This document shows, piece by piece, positions 9,303 through 19,458 of a stretch of DNA of 64,000 nucleotides (positions are counted from its first letter, which is position 1; the number at the start of each line of letters is the position of its first letter). The position numbers and the translations under genes are program-made. The stretch is taken from positions 57,583-121,582 of the forward strand of contig CAJUDX010000001.1 of NCBI GenBank assembly GCA_910584785.1. Direction: 5' to 3'. A model generated the notes under the pieces. The model saw nothing but the letters and a program-made list of their open reading frames with translations. It was not told the origin of the DNA and did not search any database. Source of the DNA: an uncultured Lachnospiraceae bacterium (lineage in GTDB: Bacteria > Bacillota > Clostridia > Lachnospirales > Lachnospiraceae).

Positions 9303-9466
9303 GCTTTGGAACCTTTGCAGCGGGCTTTGTGAGAGTGTTTGAAAGCAAGTTGATCATAAACCCTGGTCCTGCTCCATGGTCAACCAATTATTTCGAACAA
9401 TTTTCTTACAGAGATGGATAATTTTGTTAATGGAAATTACGTTGTTTTACAGTATCCTTACTTTGC

Positions 9467-9497
9467 TTGACCTTGGACTTAGTCTATGGTTTAGGCT
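9467..9497 (+). promoter_or_regulatory. MerR-type promoter: TTGACC-N19-TAGGCT with a dyad operator in the spacer
   Basis: The -35 is at 9467-9472 and the -10 at 9492-9497, with a 19-nt spacer. An imperfect palindrome ACCTTGGACT-T-AGTCTATGGT (9470-9490, 8 of 10 arm positions pair) spans the spacer. Confidence 0.55.
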
Positions 9498-9604
9498 AAG
9501 CTCAGGCCGGAAAAACAGATGAAAAACCCGATAATAAAAAAAGAAAATAAACAAAAAGCGGGTAAGCATCCGGCAGATGGGACAAACAGAAAGGAGACAA
9601 AGAA

Positions 9605-11020
9605 ATGAAAAACAAAAATTTAAAACTTCCGCAGATTTTAGCAGCAGCAGCTACCATGACATTTTTATCAGCCATTCCTGTTTTTGCCGCAGGAGGCTGG
9701 GCACAGGAGAATGGGCAGTGGATTTATCTGGATCGTAATGGAAACCGGGTAACAGAAAGCTGGAAAAAGAACGCAGCGGGGGATAACTGGTATTATTTAA
9801 AAGATGACGGCTATATGGCAGTGAGCCAGTTGGTCGAAGATGACGACGATTATTTTTATGTTAATTCCTCCGGCGCCATGGTAAAAAATGAATGGAGGCT
9901 TTTGGACGATGACAGCGATGCTTATCCTGATGGAACCTGCTGGTACTTCTTTAACGGCAGCGGTAAGGCAGTAAAGAATACAACCGGAAAAACGAAGCTG
10001 ACCACGATTAATGGAAAAAAATATGCCTTTGACGATACGGGAAAGATGCTGTATGGCTGGGTTGACGAAGATGCCATGATGATTACCGATGAAAGTGACT
10101 GGACGGCTGGACTGTATTACTGCGGTGAGGCCAATGATGGGGCAGCAGTGGTGAATGACTGGAAGCTTTTGGAGGTGGAGGATTCTGAGAACGATACAGA
10201 AGCTGATGGAAATTACTGGTTTTACTTTGGTGTAAATGGAAAGAAATATACGGATGTATCAAAAACGATCAATAAAAAGAAATATTTGTTTGATGAACGC
10301 GGCGTGGCGCAATTTAAATGGAACTTTGCCACTTCTTCAAATTCGGCTTCAGATTCCGCCGCTTCATCGAGCAACTATAAATATTATAATAACCCTGAAG
10401 AATGCTGGCAGGCAAATGGATGGATTTACACTGTTCCTTCTGAGGAAGTTGATGCCGATGCCTATCATGATGATGAACAGTTCTGGTTCTATGCTGATAA
10501 GAATGGCAGTCTTGCCATAAGCCAGATTAAGACCATTGACAAATATAAATATGGTTTTAACGAAAAAGGAGAAATGCTGGAAGGTTTATATGCTCTTACT
10601 TTTGATGGAAAGAATAAAATCAGTTCCTATGAAAAAATAGAGGATATTGCCGATATGCCGGGAGAAGATGAGGAGTGTTCGGTGTATTATTTCGGCAATA
10701 GCCCTAAAGATGGTGTAATGGCGACAAAGAAAAATGTGGAGATTGAACTGGATGATAAATATACCTTTGGCTTCCGCTCCAACGGGGAAGGCATTCATGG
10801 AATTTCGGATAATGCAATTTACATTAAGGGACGTAAATTAAAGGCGGATGCCGAGTTAAAACTTCAGCCCGTGACGTTTAACGGTGAGGAGTATCTGGTA
10901 AATACTTCTGGTACGATTCAAAAGAAAAAGACCAACGTTAAGGATGCTGATGAAAATTATTACTGCACCGATGCCAGGGGCGTAATTACCTACAGCGGAA
11001 GTGAAAAACAGACAAAATAA
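9605..11020 (+). CDS. secreted cell-wall-binding repeat protein (CW_binding_1-like repeats)
   Basis: A signal peptide ending AIPVFAAGGW is followed by many ~20-aa GW.....G.WYY/FYF repeats. Confidence 0.8.
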   Translation: MKNKNLKLPQILAAAATMTFLSAIPVFAAGGWAQENGQWIYLDRNGNRVTESWKKNAAGDNWYYLKDDGYMAVSQLVEDDDDYFYVNSSGAMVKNEWRLLDDDSDAYPDGTCWYFFNGSGKAVKNTTGKTKLTTINGKKYAFDDTGKMLYGWVDEDAMMITDESDWTAGLYYCGEANDGAAVVNDWKLLEVEDSENDTEADGNYWFYFGVNGKKYTDVSKTINKKKYLFDERGVAQFKWNFATSSNSASDSAASSSNYKYYNNPEECWQANGWIYTVPSEEVDADAYHDDEQFWFYADKNGSLAISQIKTIDKYKYGFNEKGEMLEGLYALTFDGKNKISSYEKIEDIADMPGEDEECSVYYFGNSPKDGVMATKKNVEIELDDKYTFGFRSNGEGIHGISDNAIYIKGRKLKADAELKLQPVTFNGEEYLVNTSGTIQKKKTNVKDADENYYCTDARGVITYSGSEKQTK

Positions 11021-11035
11021 CAATAAAAATAAGGA

Positions 11036-11851
11036 ATGGAAATTATGGGACGGGAATATACGATTGGAGAGACAGCACAGCTTTTAAATGTCACAAGGGA
11101 TACGCTGCGTTTTTATGAAAAAAAGAAGCTGATTGTGCCGAGAAAGGAGGCAAATGGATACCGTTATTATTCGGGGGAGGATATTCAGCTGCTTTTGGAT
11201 TTAATTTTCCTGCGTAAACTTCAGTACAGTATTCAGGATATCCAGTTACTTTGCGAGGATGGGGACATGGATTCGATGTGTGATTGTTTTGAACTTAGGA
11301 TGAAGGAGGAGGAAGAACTGATTCGCCGCCATCAGCAAATTTTACAGCAGTTGATCGTTACCCGATACACAAGGGAGAAAATCCGAAAGTATTTTCAGCG
11401 TTATGTTCTCCGTCCCATTCCCCGCACTTATATCTTTTCCCCGACTGTGTCGGATTATGATGCGGTACGCGAAGAATGGTTTAAGCTGCTTGAAGAAAAT
11501 AAAAAATTAAACTGCTACCTTCATGAGCAATGGAATATCTTGGGGGATAAAACAGTAAATCATCAGTGTTATCTAATTTTGGAGGAGCGCGCTGTTAAAC
11601 TTCTGGGCCTGGAGGAAAACGCAAAACATGCCCCCTTCTTCTCTTTTGACCAGAGCGTTTATACCATTTATGCCTCAAAAACAGTTTCTCCGCAGCAGGA
11701 GGATATTCAGAAAATCATTCATTGGGCAAGGGAACAAAACATCGCTGTGACTGGGGAAATCCATGCACATTATCTGTGGAACCATTACCAGGAAGGAAAG
11801 CTGCAAACCTCATATATTGAACTTTATCTGCCGGTGAAGCCGGATTCATAG
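11036..11851 (+). CDS. MerR family transcriptional regulator with a C-terminal effector-binding (GyrI-like) domain
   Basis: The N-terminal wHTH reads YTIGETAQLLNVTRDTLRFYEKKKLIVPRKEANGYRYYS. A coiled-coil linker and a ~150-aa C-terminal domain follow. An alternative start exists at 11045. Confidence 0.85.
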   Translation: MEIMGREYTIGETAQLLNVTRDTLRFYEKKKLIVPRKEANGYRYYSGEDIQLLLDLIFLRKLQYSIQDIQLLCEDGDMDSMCDCFELRMKEEEELIRRHQQILQQLIVTRYTREKIRKYFQRYVLRPIPRTYIFSPTVSDYDAVREEWFKLLEENKKLNCYLHEQWNILGDKTVNHQCYLILEERAVKLLGLEENAKHAPFFSFDQSVYTIYASKTVSPQQEDIQKIIHWAREQNIAVTGEIHAHYLWNHYQEGKLQTSYIELYLPVKPDS

Positions 11852-11907
11852 AGAGCAACAGCTCATTTGAATAGAAGGTAATCAAAAATAATCCGAACAC
11901 AGGCATA

Positions 11908-11947
11908 TAAAAAATGCCAGAACCCTTGTAAAATCAAGGCCTGGCAT
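11908..11947 (-). terminator. intrinsic terminator downstream of tRNA-Gly, possibly bidirectional for the merR-family gene
   Basis: ATGCCAG (11914-11920) pairs with CTGGCAT (11941-11947), with an inner CCTTG/CAAGG pairing. A U-run follows on the minus strand (A-run 11908-11913 on plus). Confidence 0.7.
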
Positions 11948-11959
11948 CTGTCTGTGTGA

Positions 11960-12030
11960 AGCAGATGACGGGAATCGAACCCGCCTCCCCAGCTTGGGAA
12001 GCTGGTATTCTACCGATGAACTACATCTGC
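11960..12030 (-). tRNA. tRNA-Gly (anticodon CCC), 71 nt, CCA not encoded
   Basis: Hand-folded cloverleaf: acceptor GCAGATG/CATCTGC, D arm GTTC/GAAT, anticodon stem CCAGC/GCTGG with loop TTCCCAA, T arm GCGGG-TTCGATT-CCCGT, discriminator U. Confidence 0.9.
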
Positions 12031-12041
12031 ACAACACAATT

Positions 12042-12069
12042 ATTATAGCATAATTTGAAAATTTTGCAA
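12042..12069 (-). promoter_or_regulatory. sigma-70-type promoter of tRNA-Gly (TTGCAA-N16-TATAAT)
   Basis: On the minus strand the -35 TTGCAA is at 12064-12069 and the -10 TATAAT at 12042-12047. The -10 lies 11 nt upstream of the tRNA 5' end. Confidence 0.7.
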
Positions 12070-12151
12070 GTACTTGTTTTAATTTTTTTTCCAGATTTTT
12101 TTCCTGTCTTTTTTTAAACTTTTGCCCTGTCGTTTTCTTTTGTTTTTTGTG

Positions 12152-12187
12152 TTTTTTCTTATTTTTCTATTTTTTCTTATTTTTCTA
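12152..12187. repeat. perfect 18-bp tandem duplication spanning the stop codon of the GT2-TPR gene
   Basis: TTTTTTCTTATTTTTCTA occurs twice (12152-12169 and 12170-12187). On the coding strand each copy reads ATAGAAAAATAAGAAAAA, that is IEK-stop. Confidence 0.85.
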
Positions 12188-13259
12188 TGTTTTCTTCCAT
12201 TACCTTAAGGTTATTTTGCAGGCGTTCATTGTCCGGTTCCAGTGCCAGGGCTTTTTTTGTTTCTTCCACTCCTTTTTCTCTCAGCCCCAGCCGGTCAAAG
12301 GCAATTGCCCGCAAATCGTGGGGCAGGCTTCCCCAGGCGGTGGCTTCGCTGATATAGGTTTTAGGCCGTTCAGTAAGCTTCAGGGCACATCCGGTAAAGT
12401 AGAGCACACCTTCCCATTCCTCCTCCTCATAAAGCATCCAGGCCAGATCCATATAGGCTTCCCTCAGATAAGGCGCCTGGGCAATTGCCTGCAAGTACCA
12501 GCTCTTTGCCTCCTCATACTCTCCTTTATTTCGATAGGCCTTTGCAAGATAGCGCATGGAAGCCGCCCGTTCATCCTTCCAGGTTGCCTGGGGCATTTGC
12601 AGATGGTACATTAAGGTGCGGATACAGTCGTCCCATTGCCCATGATACATATATTCCCGTCCCAGATAGTGGACATTGCGGTCATCGTGCGGTTCTTCTT
12701 TAACGGAGAGCTCCAGCAGGGGAAGGTACTGCCCGCGGGACTTTTCAGGATCGGGGTGGTGATCCAACTGAATCCCGTCCACCAAGATTACCGGTCCCTG
12801 TGTTTTTTCGCCCACCCACTGTAAAACCTCATGGACAGGGTGTACCCAGCGAAAACCGTGACGGGCATGGATTTTTTCCATCCAAAATACAATTCCTTCC
12901 CGGCCTTGCGGCGTAAAGCTCCAGGTATAGCGGTATTTGGCCTGGCTGCATCCTGTTTTCCAGGCGTTTTCCAGTTTTTTCCTCCATCCCGGATGGAATA
13001 CCTCGTCTAAATCTGTGCAGACGCAAATATCGGCATCCTCCGGCACCAGATCTAATGAACGGTTGCGGGCCACATCAAAACGCCAGGGCGATATCGTTTC
13101 CTCTGTCACATTTACACCTGCTTTTTGCAAAGCGCTGACGGTATTATCCGATGAACCGGTATCCAGCACCACGATTTCATCCGCCTCAGCCATAGATTCC
13201 ACCCAGCGTTTTACAAATTTTTCTTCATTTTTACAGATCCCATAAACGATAATTTTCAT
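12177..13259 (-). CDS. glycosyltransferase (GT2-like) with C-terminal TPR repeats
   Basis: The N-terminus reads KNEEKFVKRW...VVLDTGSSDNT...TDLDEV (GT-A/DxD-like). The C-terminal half has TPR-like helices (YLAKAYRNKGEYEEAKSWYLQAIAQAP...). It is a distant relative of the four paralogues at 33.4-39.1 kb. Confidence 0.75.
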   Translation of the reverse strand: MKIIVYGICKNEEKFVKRWVESMAEADEIVVLDTGSSDNTVSALQKAGVNVTEETISPWRFDVARNRSLDLVPEDADICVCTDLDEVFHPGWRKKLENAWKTGCSQAKYRYTWSFTPQGREGIVFWMEKIHARHGFRWVHPVHEVLQWVGEKTQGPVILVDGIQLDHHPDPEKSRGQYLPLLELSVKEEPHDDRNVHYLGREYMYHGQWDDCIRTLMYHLQMPQATWKDERAASMRYLAKAYRNKGEYEEAKSWYLQAIAQAPYLREAYMDLAWMLYEEEEWEGVLYFTGCALKLTERPKTYISEATAWGSLPHDLRAIAFDRLGLREKGVEETKKALALEPDNERLQNNLKVMEENIEK

Positions 13260-13537
13260 GTTTTGTCTCCTTTTTATTTCCTTTTTTGTTTCCTTTTACC
13301 ATCTTTTATCGTTAATCTTTTTCTTTCATTTTCTCTTATTTTTCATCTTTCATCTTTCCTTAAGCCCATCTCTGCTGTTTATATGTTCTTTCTCCCTGTT
13401 ATTCTATGAAAGTTTTTCCTAATGGTTCGGTGATTCCCCGCGATGCATTGTCCATAACCTACTTGACATTTTGCAGAAAATCGTAGAAAATGGATAACAT
13501 CAATGCAGGCATGGCCTGTACAAAGGGGGATTCATCG

Positions 13538-15016
13538 ATGAAGATTGGATTTGACAATACGAAATACCTTTCCTTGCAGTCCGAAAAAATTAAAGAACGG
13601 ATCAGCAAGTTTGGCGATAAGCTGTACCTGGAATTTGGCGGAAAGCTTTTTGACGACTATCATGCATCCCGTGTGCTTCCCGGCTTTGCCCCGGACAGCA
13701 AGCTGCGTATGCTGTTACAGCTGGCGGATCAGGCGGAGCTGGTGGTTGCCATTAATGCTGCCGATATTGAAAAAAATAAGGTGCGCCATGATTTAGGCAT
13801 TACCTATGATTTGGATGTGCTGCGTCTGATTCAGGAATTCAGGGATAAAGGCCTTTATGTGGGAAGTGTGGTAATTACCCAGTATTCCGGTCAGGCCAGT
13901 GCTGACCAGTTCCGTATTAAGTTAGAGCACATGGGAATTAAGGTTTACCGCCATTATACGATTGACGGCTATCCCAGCAATGTCACCCGTATCGTCAGCG
14001 ACGACGGCTACGGCAAGAATGACTACATTAACACCACCAGGCCGTTAGTTATTATTACTGCCCCCGGTCCGGGCAGCGGAAAGATGGCAACCTGTCTTTC
14101 CCAGCTCTACCATGAAAATAAGCGCGGGATAAAGGCCGGTTATGCTAAGTTTGAAACGTTTCCGATTTGGAATCTGCCATTAAAGCATCCGGTGAATATG
14201 GCCTATGAGGCAGCCACCGCCGACTTGAACGATGTCAATATGATCGATCCCTTTCATTTGGAAACTTATGGTCAGACAACCGTAAATTACAACCGTGATG
14301 TGGAGATCTTCCCTGTGCTTAATGCGATTTTTGAAGGGATTTACGGCGAAAGTCCCTATAAATCACCGACGGACATGGGGGTAAATATGGCGGGCTTTTG
14401 TATTATCGATGACGAGGCATGCCGGGAAGCCTCCAATCAGGAAATTATCCGCCGCTACTATCAGGCCTTAAACCGCCTGGCAACCGAGGAAGGGGCGCAG
14501 GAAGAGGTCTATAAGATTGAGCTTTTAATGAAAAAAGACAATATTACTCCCTCGATGCGCCAGGTCGTTGGCGCCTGCAATACCCTTGCCGCTGCCAAAA
14601 ATGCCCCTGCCGCTGCCATGGAGCTTCCCGACGGTCGGATAATCACAGGAAAAACCAGCAGTCTTTTGGGGGCCTCCGCCGCAGTACTTTTAAATGCCAT
14701 TAAGGAGCTGGGGGAGATTCCGCATGATATTCATTTAATTGCACCCTCGGCAATTGAGCCGATTCAAACACTGAAAACGAATTATCTGGGCAGTAAAAAC
14801 CCAAGGCTGCATACCGATGAGGTCTTAATTGCTCTTTCTGTCAGCGCCGCCACCGATCCCATTGCCCAAAATGCCCTGGCACAGCTGCCCAAACTTGAGG
14901 GCTGTCAGGTGCATACATCAGTGATGCTTTCCGCAGTGGATATTGCGGTATTTAAAAAGCTGGGAGTTCAGCTGACGTCAGAGCCGGTGTATGAGCATAA
15001 GAGGCTTTACCGTTAA
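13538..15016 (+). CDS. DUF1846 (UPF0371) family protein
   Basis: MKIGFDNTKYLSLQSEKIKERI...YHASRVLPGF matches my recollection of the UPF0371 family. The ATG at 13538 follows AAGGGGGA. Confidence 0.75.
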   Translation: MKIGFDNTKYLSLQSEKIKERISKFGDKLYLEFGGKLFDDYHASRVLPGFAPDSKLRMLLQLADQAELVVAINAADIEKNKVRHDLGITYDLDVLRLIQEFRDKGLYVGSVVITQYSGQASADQFRIKLEHMGIKVYRHYTIDGYPSNVTRIVSDDGYGKNDYINTTRPLVIITAPGPGSGKMATCLSQLYHENKRGIKAGYAKFETFPIWNLPLKHPVNMAYEAATADLNDVNMIDPFHLETYGQTTVNYNRDVEIFPVLNAIFEGIYGESPYKSPTDMGVNMAGFCIIDDEACREASNQEIIRRYYQALNRLATEEGAQEEVYKIELLMKKDNITPSMRQVVGACNTLAAAKNAPAAAMELPDGRIITGKTSSLLGASAAVLLNAIKELGEIPHDIHLIAPSAIEPIQTLKTNYLGSKNPRLHTDEVLIALSVSAATDPIAQNALAQLPKLEGCQVHTSVMLSAVDIAVFKKLGVQLTSEPVYEHKRLYR

Positions 15017-15112
15017 ACCCAAACATATTTTCGATTTTTTTCTTTTTCCTACTTGCAATCTCCGAAATTTTGTGTTTAAATAGGATGCATGACGCATGTA
15101 TGGAGGATGATT

Positions 15113-17032
15113 ATGACAAAAGTACAATATAATGCGGATAGTATTACCGTTTTAGAAGGCCTGGAAGCGGTGAGAAAGCGCCCGGGCATGTACATTGGCG
15201 GTGTAGGGACGAAGGGTTTGAACCATTTGATTTATGAAATTGTTGATAATTCCGTAGACGAACATCTTGCCGGATTCTGCACGGATATCTGGGTAATCCT
15301 GGAGCAAAACGGTTCCTGCACCGTTCGCGATAATGGACGCGGGATTCCCGTGGAAATGCATAAAAAAGGAATCACCGCGGAGAGGGTAGTGCTGTCCACC
15401 CTTCACGCCGGCGGAAAGTTTGATAATGAAGCCTATAAAACCAGCGGCGGACTTCATGGTGTGGGATCGTCGGTGGTGAATGCATTGTCAAAAGCACTGG
15501 AGATTAAGATTTCGCGGGGCGGCGCAGTACACCGCGACGCTTATCAGTGCGGGGTTCCGGTAGTGGATCTGGTAAACGGCCTTCTTCCCACGATTGGAAA
15601 AACTAAGGAGACGGGAACAGAGATTAATTTTCTTCCCGATGATGAAATTTTTGAAAAAACGCGGTTTAAGGCTGAATGGCTGAAGAGCCGTCTGCATGAG
15701 ACGGCTTACTTAAATCCAGGGCTGACGATTCACTATGCAAACCGGCGCAGCGGTGAGGAGGAAGCTATAGATTACCATGAACCAGAGGGCATTGCCGCCT
15801 ATGTGCGCGAGCTGAATAAGGGAAAAACCCCCGTCCATGATGTGGTTTATGCGAGGGGGAGTGCAGATAAGATTGAAGTGGAAATTGCCTTCCAGTTTGT
15901 GGATGCCTTTGAAGAGAATGTTCTTGGCTTTTGCAATAATATTTTCACCCAGGAGGGCGGTACGCATCTGGCGGGCTTTAAAACCCGGTTTACCGCGATG
16001 ATTAACAGCTATGCCCGCGAACTGGGGCTGCTGAAGGAAAAGGACGCGAATTTTACCGGGGCAGATACGAGGAACGGGATGACAGCTGTGGTTGCAGTTA
16101 AGCACCCGGACCCCATCTTTGAAGGACAGACCAAGACCAAGCTTGCCAGTGCCGACGCGGCAAAGACGGTAAATATGCTTACCGGTGAGGAGCTGGGGAG
16201 ATTTTTTGACCGAAATCTTGAAGTGTTAAAAGGTGTTATCGGCTGTGCGGAGAAGTCGGCAAAGATTCGCAAGGCAGAGGAAAAGGCCAAGACGAATATG
16301 CTGACAAAATCCCGCTTTTCTTTTGACAGCAATGGAAAGCTGGCAAACTGTGAGAGCCGTGAAGCGGAAAAATGTGAAATCTTTATTGTCGAGGGTGATT
16401 CTGCCGGCGGATCGGCAAAGTCCGCCAGAAACCGCCGTTATCAGGCGATTCTTCCGATTCGGGGAAAGATTTTAAATGTGGAAAAGGCCTCGATGGATAA
16501 GGTTTTGGCGAATGCAGAGATTAAAACGATGATTAATTCTTTTGGCTGCGGATTTTCCGAGGGCTATGGGAACGATTTTGATATTACCAAGCTTCGCTAC
16601 CATAAAATTATCCTGATGACGGATGCGGATGTGGACGGCAGTCATATTGATACGCTGCTGCTGACCTTCCTTTATCGTTTTATGCCGGAACTGATTACGA
16701 ACGGGCATGTGTATATCGCCATGCCGCCGCTGTTTAAAGTAATTCCCAAAAAAGGGGAAGAGCAGTACCTTTATGACGAGAAAGAACTTGAGCGCTACCG
16801 GAAAACCCATAAGGGAGAGTTTACCTTACAGCGCTATAAGGGACTTGGGGAAATGGATGCCGGACAGCTTTGGGAGACGACCTTGGACCCGGAACGGCGG
16901 GTGTTAAAACGAGTGGAGATCGAGGACGGGCGCCTGGCTTCGGAGATTACGCAGATGCTGATGGGCAGTGAGGTAGGGCCGCGCCGCCAGTTTATCTATG
17001 ATCATGCGGATGAGGCCGAGATTGACGCTTAA
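15113..17032 (+). CDS. parE: type IIA topoisomerase subunit B (topoisomerase IV ParE / GyrB-like)
   Basis: GHKL ATPase (LEGLEAVRKRPGMYIG, GLHGVG) and Toprim (EGDSAGG, DADVDGSHI) motifs are present. It is paired with an A subunit and is not in a dnaA-gyrBA context. Confidence 0.85.
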   Translation: MTKVQYNADSITVLEGLEAVRKRPGMYIGGVGTKGLNHLIYEIVDNSVDEHLAGFCTDIWVILEQNGSCTVRDNGRGIPVEMHKKGITAERVVLSTLHAGGKFDNEAYKTSGGLHGVGSSVVNALSKALEIKISRGGAVHRDAYQCGVPVVDLVNGLLPTIGKTKETGTEINFLPDDEIFEKTRFKAEWLKSRLHETAYLNPGLTIHYANRRSGEEEAIDYHEPEGIAAYVRELNKGKTPVHDVVYARGSADKIEVEIAFQFVDAFEENVLGFCNNIFTQEGGTHLAGFKTRFTAMINSYARELGLLKEKDANFTGADTRNGMTAVVAVKHPDPIFEGQTKTKLASADAAKTVNMLTGEELGRFFDRNLEVLKGVIGCAEKSAKIRKAEEKAKTNMLTKSRFSFDSNGKLANCESREAEKCEIFIVEGDSAGGSAKSARNRRYQAILPIRGKILNVEKASMDKVLANAEIKTMINSFGCGFSEGYGNDFDITKLRYHKIILMTDADVDGSHIDTLLLTFLYRFMPELITNGHVYIAMPPLFKVIPKKGEEQYLYDEKELERYRKTHKGEFTLQRYKGLGEMDAGQLWETTLDPERRVLKRVEIEDGRLASEITQMLMGSEVGPRRQFIYDHADEAEIDA

Positions 17033-17049
17033 GACAGGAGTAAAACAGT

Positions 17050-19287
17050 ATGCCAGAAAAAATTATTCAGACAGAGTATTCGGAGGAAATGCAGCGCAGC
17101 TATATGAATTATTCCATGAGCGTGATTACTGCGCGTGCGATCCCTGACGCCAGGGACGGCTTAAAGCCGGTTCAGCGCCGGGTTCTTTATGATATGAGTG
17201 AGCTGCACATCCACCACGATAAGCCGCACCGGAAATCTGCCCGTATTGTGGGTGATACGATGGGTAAGTATCATCCGCACGGGGACAGTTCGATTTATGA
17301 AACCCTGGTGGTGATGTCCCAGGAATTTAAAAAGGGAATGCCTCTGGTGGACGGACACGGTAACTTTGGTTCCATCGAGGGCGACGGGGCGGCAGCGATG
17401 CGCTATACGGAGGCCAGATTGGAGAAGTTTGCCGAGGAGGTTTACTTAAAGGATTTGGATAAAACGGTAAATTTTGTTCCCAATTATGATGAAACCGAGA
17501 AGGAGCCGGAGGTTTTGCCCGTGCGCGTGCCAAACCTTTTGATTAACGGTGCTGAGGGCATTGCTGTAGGGATGAGTACCAGCATTCCCCCGCATAATCT
17601 GGGCGAGGTGGTGGACGGGGCAATTGCCTATATCCAAAACCCGGAGATTTCCACAAGCGAATTAATGGAGTACATCCCCGGCCCGGATTTTCCAACGGGA
17701 GGGATTATTGCCAATCAAAGCAGTTTACCGGAAATTTATGAGACTGGAACCGGGAAAATTAAGCTACGGGGACGGTTTGAGGTGGAACTGGGAAAGCGGC
17801 GGGCGGATAAGGATAAGCTGGTCATTACAGAAATTCCCTACACCATGATTGGCGCGGGAATTAATAAGTTTTTGCTGGATGTGGCAGATTTGGTGGAGAG
17901 TAAGAAGCTGCCGGATGTGGTCGATATTTCCAATCAGTCGAATAAAGAGGGAATCCGCATTGTCCTGGAATTGAAGAAAGACGCAGATATTGAAAGAATT
18001 ATGAATATCCTCTATAAAAAGACCAAGCTTGAGGATACGTTTGGCGTCAATATGCTGGCGATTGCGGGCGGAAGGCCCGAATGCCTAAGCCTTAAGGGGA
18101 TTTTCCGTCATTTCCTGCAGTTCCAGCATGAGAATACAACGAAAAAATATCAGGTGCTTCTGCAAAAGGAGCTGGAAAGAAAGGAAGTTCAGGAAGGGCT
18201 GATCCGCGCCTGCGATGTGATTGATTTAATTATCGCTATTTTGCGCGGATCGAAACAGATTAAGGATGCCAAGGCCTGCCTGATGTACGGCGATACCTCC
18301 CGCATCCAGTTTAAAACACCAGGTTTTTTAGATGATGCCGCAGCGCTTAACTTTACCGAGCGCCAGGCCACAGCTATTCTGGAAATGCGCCTATATAAGC
18401 TGATTGGGCTGGAAATTCTGGCACTGGAAAAGGAGCACCGGGAAACCCTGAAAAAGATTAAAGAATACGAAAAAATCTTAAAAAGCCGCAAGACCATGGA
18501 TGAGGTGATTATTGCCGATTTGCAGAAGATTAAAGAAGAATTTGCCCTGAAACGCCGCACCCGATTAGAGGACAGCGGGGAAGCCGTCTACGAGGAAGAG
18601 GCTCCTGCGGTGGTTGAGATGGTGTTTGTGATGGACAGGTTTGGCTACTGCAAGCTGTTGGATAAGAGCACCTATGAGAGGAATCAGGAGAGTATTTGCA
18701 CCGATTACTCTTATGTGGTACATTGCCTTACCTCGGATAAACTCTGCCTGTTTACGAATGTGGGAAATCTTCATCAAATTAAAGTCAGTGATATTCCCTG
18801 CGGGAAAATAAAGGATAAGGGAACCCCTGTTGATAATATCAGCCGCTTTGACGGGGGCAAGGAAAGGATTATTTATCTGGACAATGGCGGGAGGATGAAG
18901 GATAAGACCTTTATCTTTGCGACAAAGCAGGCCTTAATTAAGCAGGTGCCGGCGTCAGAATTTGAAACCAATAACCGGATGGTTGCGGGGACGAAGCTCC
19001 AGGAGGGAGACGAGCTTTTTGGGGTGTATCCGGTGGAAAAACAAACCGATGTGGTGCTTCAAACCAGCAATGCCGTGTTCCTGCGCTTTTTGCTGGAAGA
19101 GATTCCGCTGGTGAAAAAGGCGTCGAAAGGCGTAAGGGGAATTAAACTGGGCAAAGGGGAAGAACTGACCGCCCTTTATCTTCTGGGCGAGGATACTGTG
19201 GCGAAGGTAAACGACAGGGTGGTTCACTTAAACCGGTTAAAGCTTTCCAGGCGGGACGGAAAGGGAAGTAAGCTTCGTGGGAGCTGA
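17050..19287 (+). CDS. parC: type IIA topoisomerase subunit A (topoisomerase IV ParC / GyrA-like)
   Basis: [21 protein letters not shown] and the AAMRYTE active-site Tyr region are present. At 745 aa it is shorter than a typical GyrA. Confidence 0.85.
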   Translation: MPEKIIQTEYSEEMQRSYMNYSMSVITARAIPDARDGLKPVQRRVLYDMSELHIHHDKPHRKSARIVGDTMGKYHPHGDSSIYETLVVMSQEFKKGMPLVDGHGNFGSIEGDGAAAMRYTEARLEKFAEEVYLKDLDKTVNFVPNYDETEKEPEVLPVRVPNLLINGAEGIAVGMSTSIPPHNLGEVVDGAIAYIQNPEISTSELMEYIPGPDFPTGGIIANQSSLPEIYETGTGKIKLRGRFEVELGKRRADKDKLVITEIPYTMIGAGINKFLLDVADLVESKKLPDVVDISNQSNKEGIRIVLELKKDADIERIMNILYKKTKLEDTFGVNMLAIAGGRPECLSLKGIFRHFLQFQHENTTKKYQVLLQKELERKEVQEGLIRACDVIDLIIAILRGSKQIKDAKACLMYGDTSRIQFKTPGFLDDAAALNFTERQATAILEMRLYKLIGLEILALEKEHRETLKKIKEYEKILKSRKTMDEVIIADLQKIKEEFALKRRTRLEDSGEAVYEEEAPAVVEMVFVMDRFGYCKLLDKSTYERNQESICTDYSYVVHCLTSDKLCLFTNVGNLHQIKVSDIPCGKIKDKGTPVDNISRFDGGKERIIYLDNGGRMKDKTFIFATKQALIKQVPASEFETNNRMVAGTKLQEGDELFGVYPVEKQTDVVLQTSNAVFLRFLLEEIPLVKKASKGVRGIKLGKGEELTALYLLGEDTVAKVNDRVVHLNRLKLSRRDGKGSKLRGS

Positions 19288-19458
19288 TGGGTTTTTTGAC
19301 AGGGAAGGCTGGTGTTTTCCATGTAATTGTCTTTCTGCGGCGTACAAATGTAGTTTTCTTGCGAATAAGTATTGCATTTTTATTGGTTTTGTTATAGGAT
19401 ATTCGGGAATCTAATTGTAGTATTTATTCAGAAAATTCGAAAAAAGAGGAGCTTAACA

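Noticed and set aside
12147-12614. 155-aa plus-strand ORF (Phe/Leu-rich)
   Set aside because: It is antisense to the well-supported GT2-TPR gene. It begins in a polypyrimidine tract and has low-complexity composition.
11852-13489. Genomic island integrated at tRNA-Gly
   Set aside because: I found no integrase, no direct repeat of the tRNA 3' end, and only one cargo gene. This is noted only as a weak possibility under the findings.
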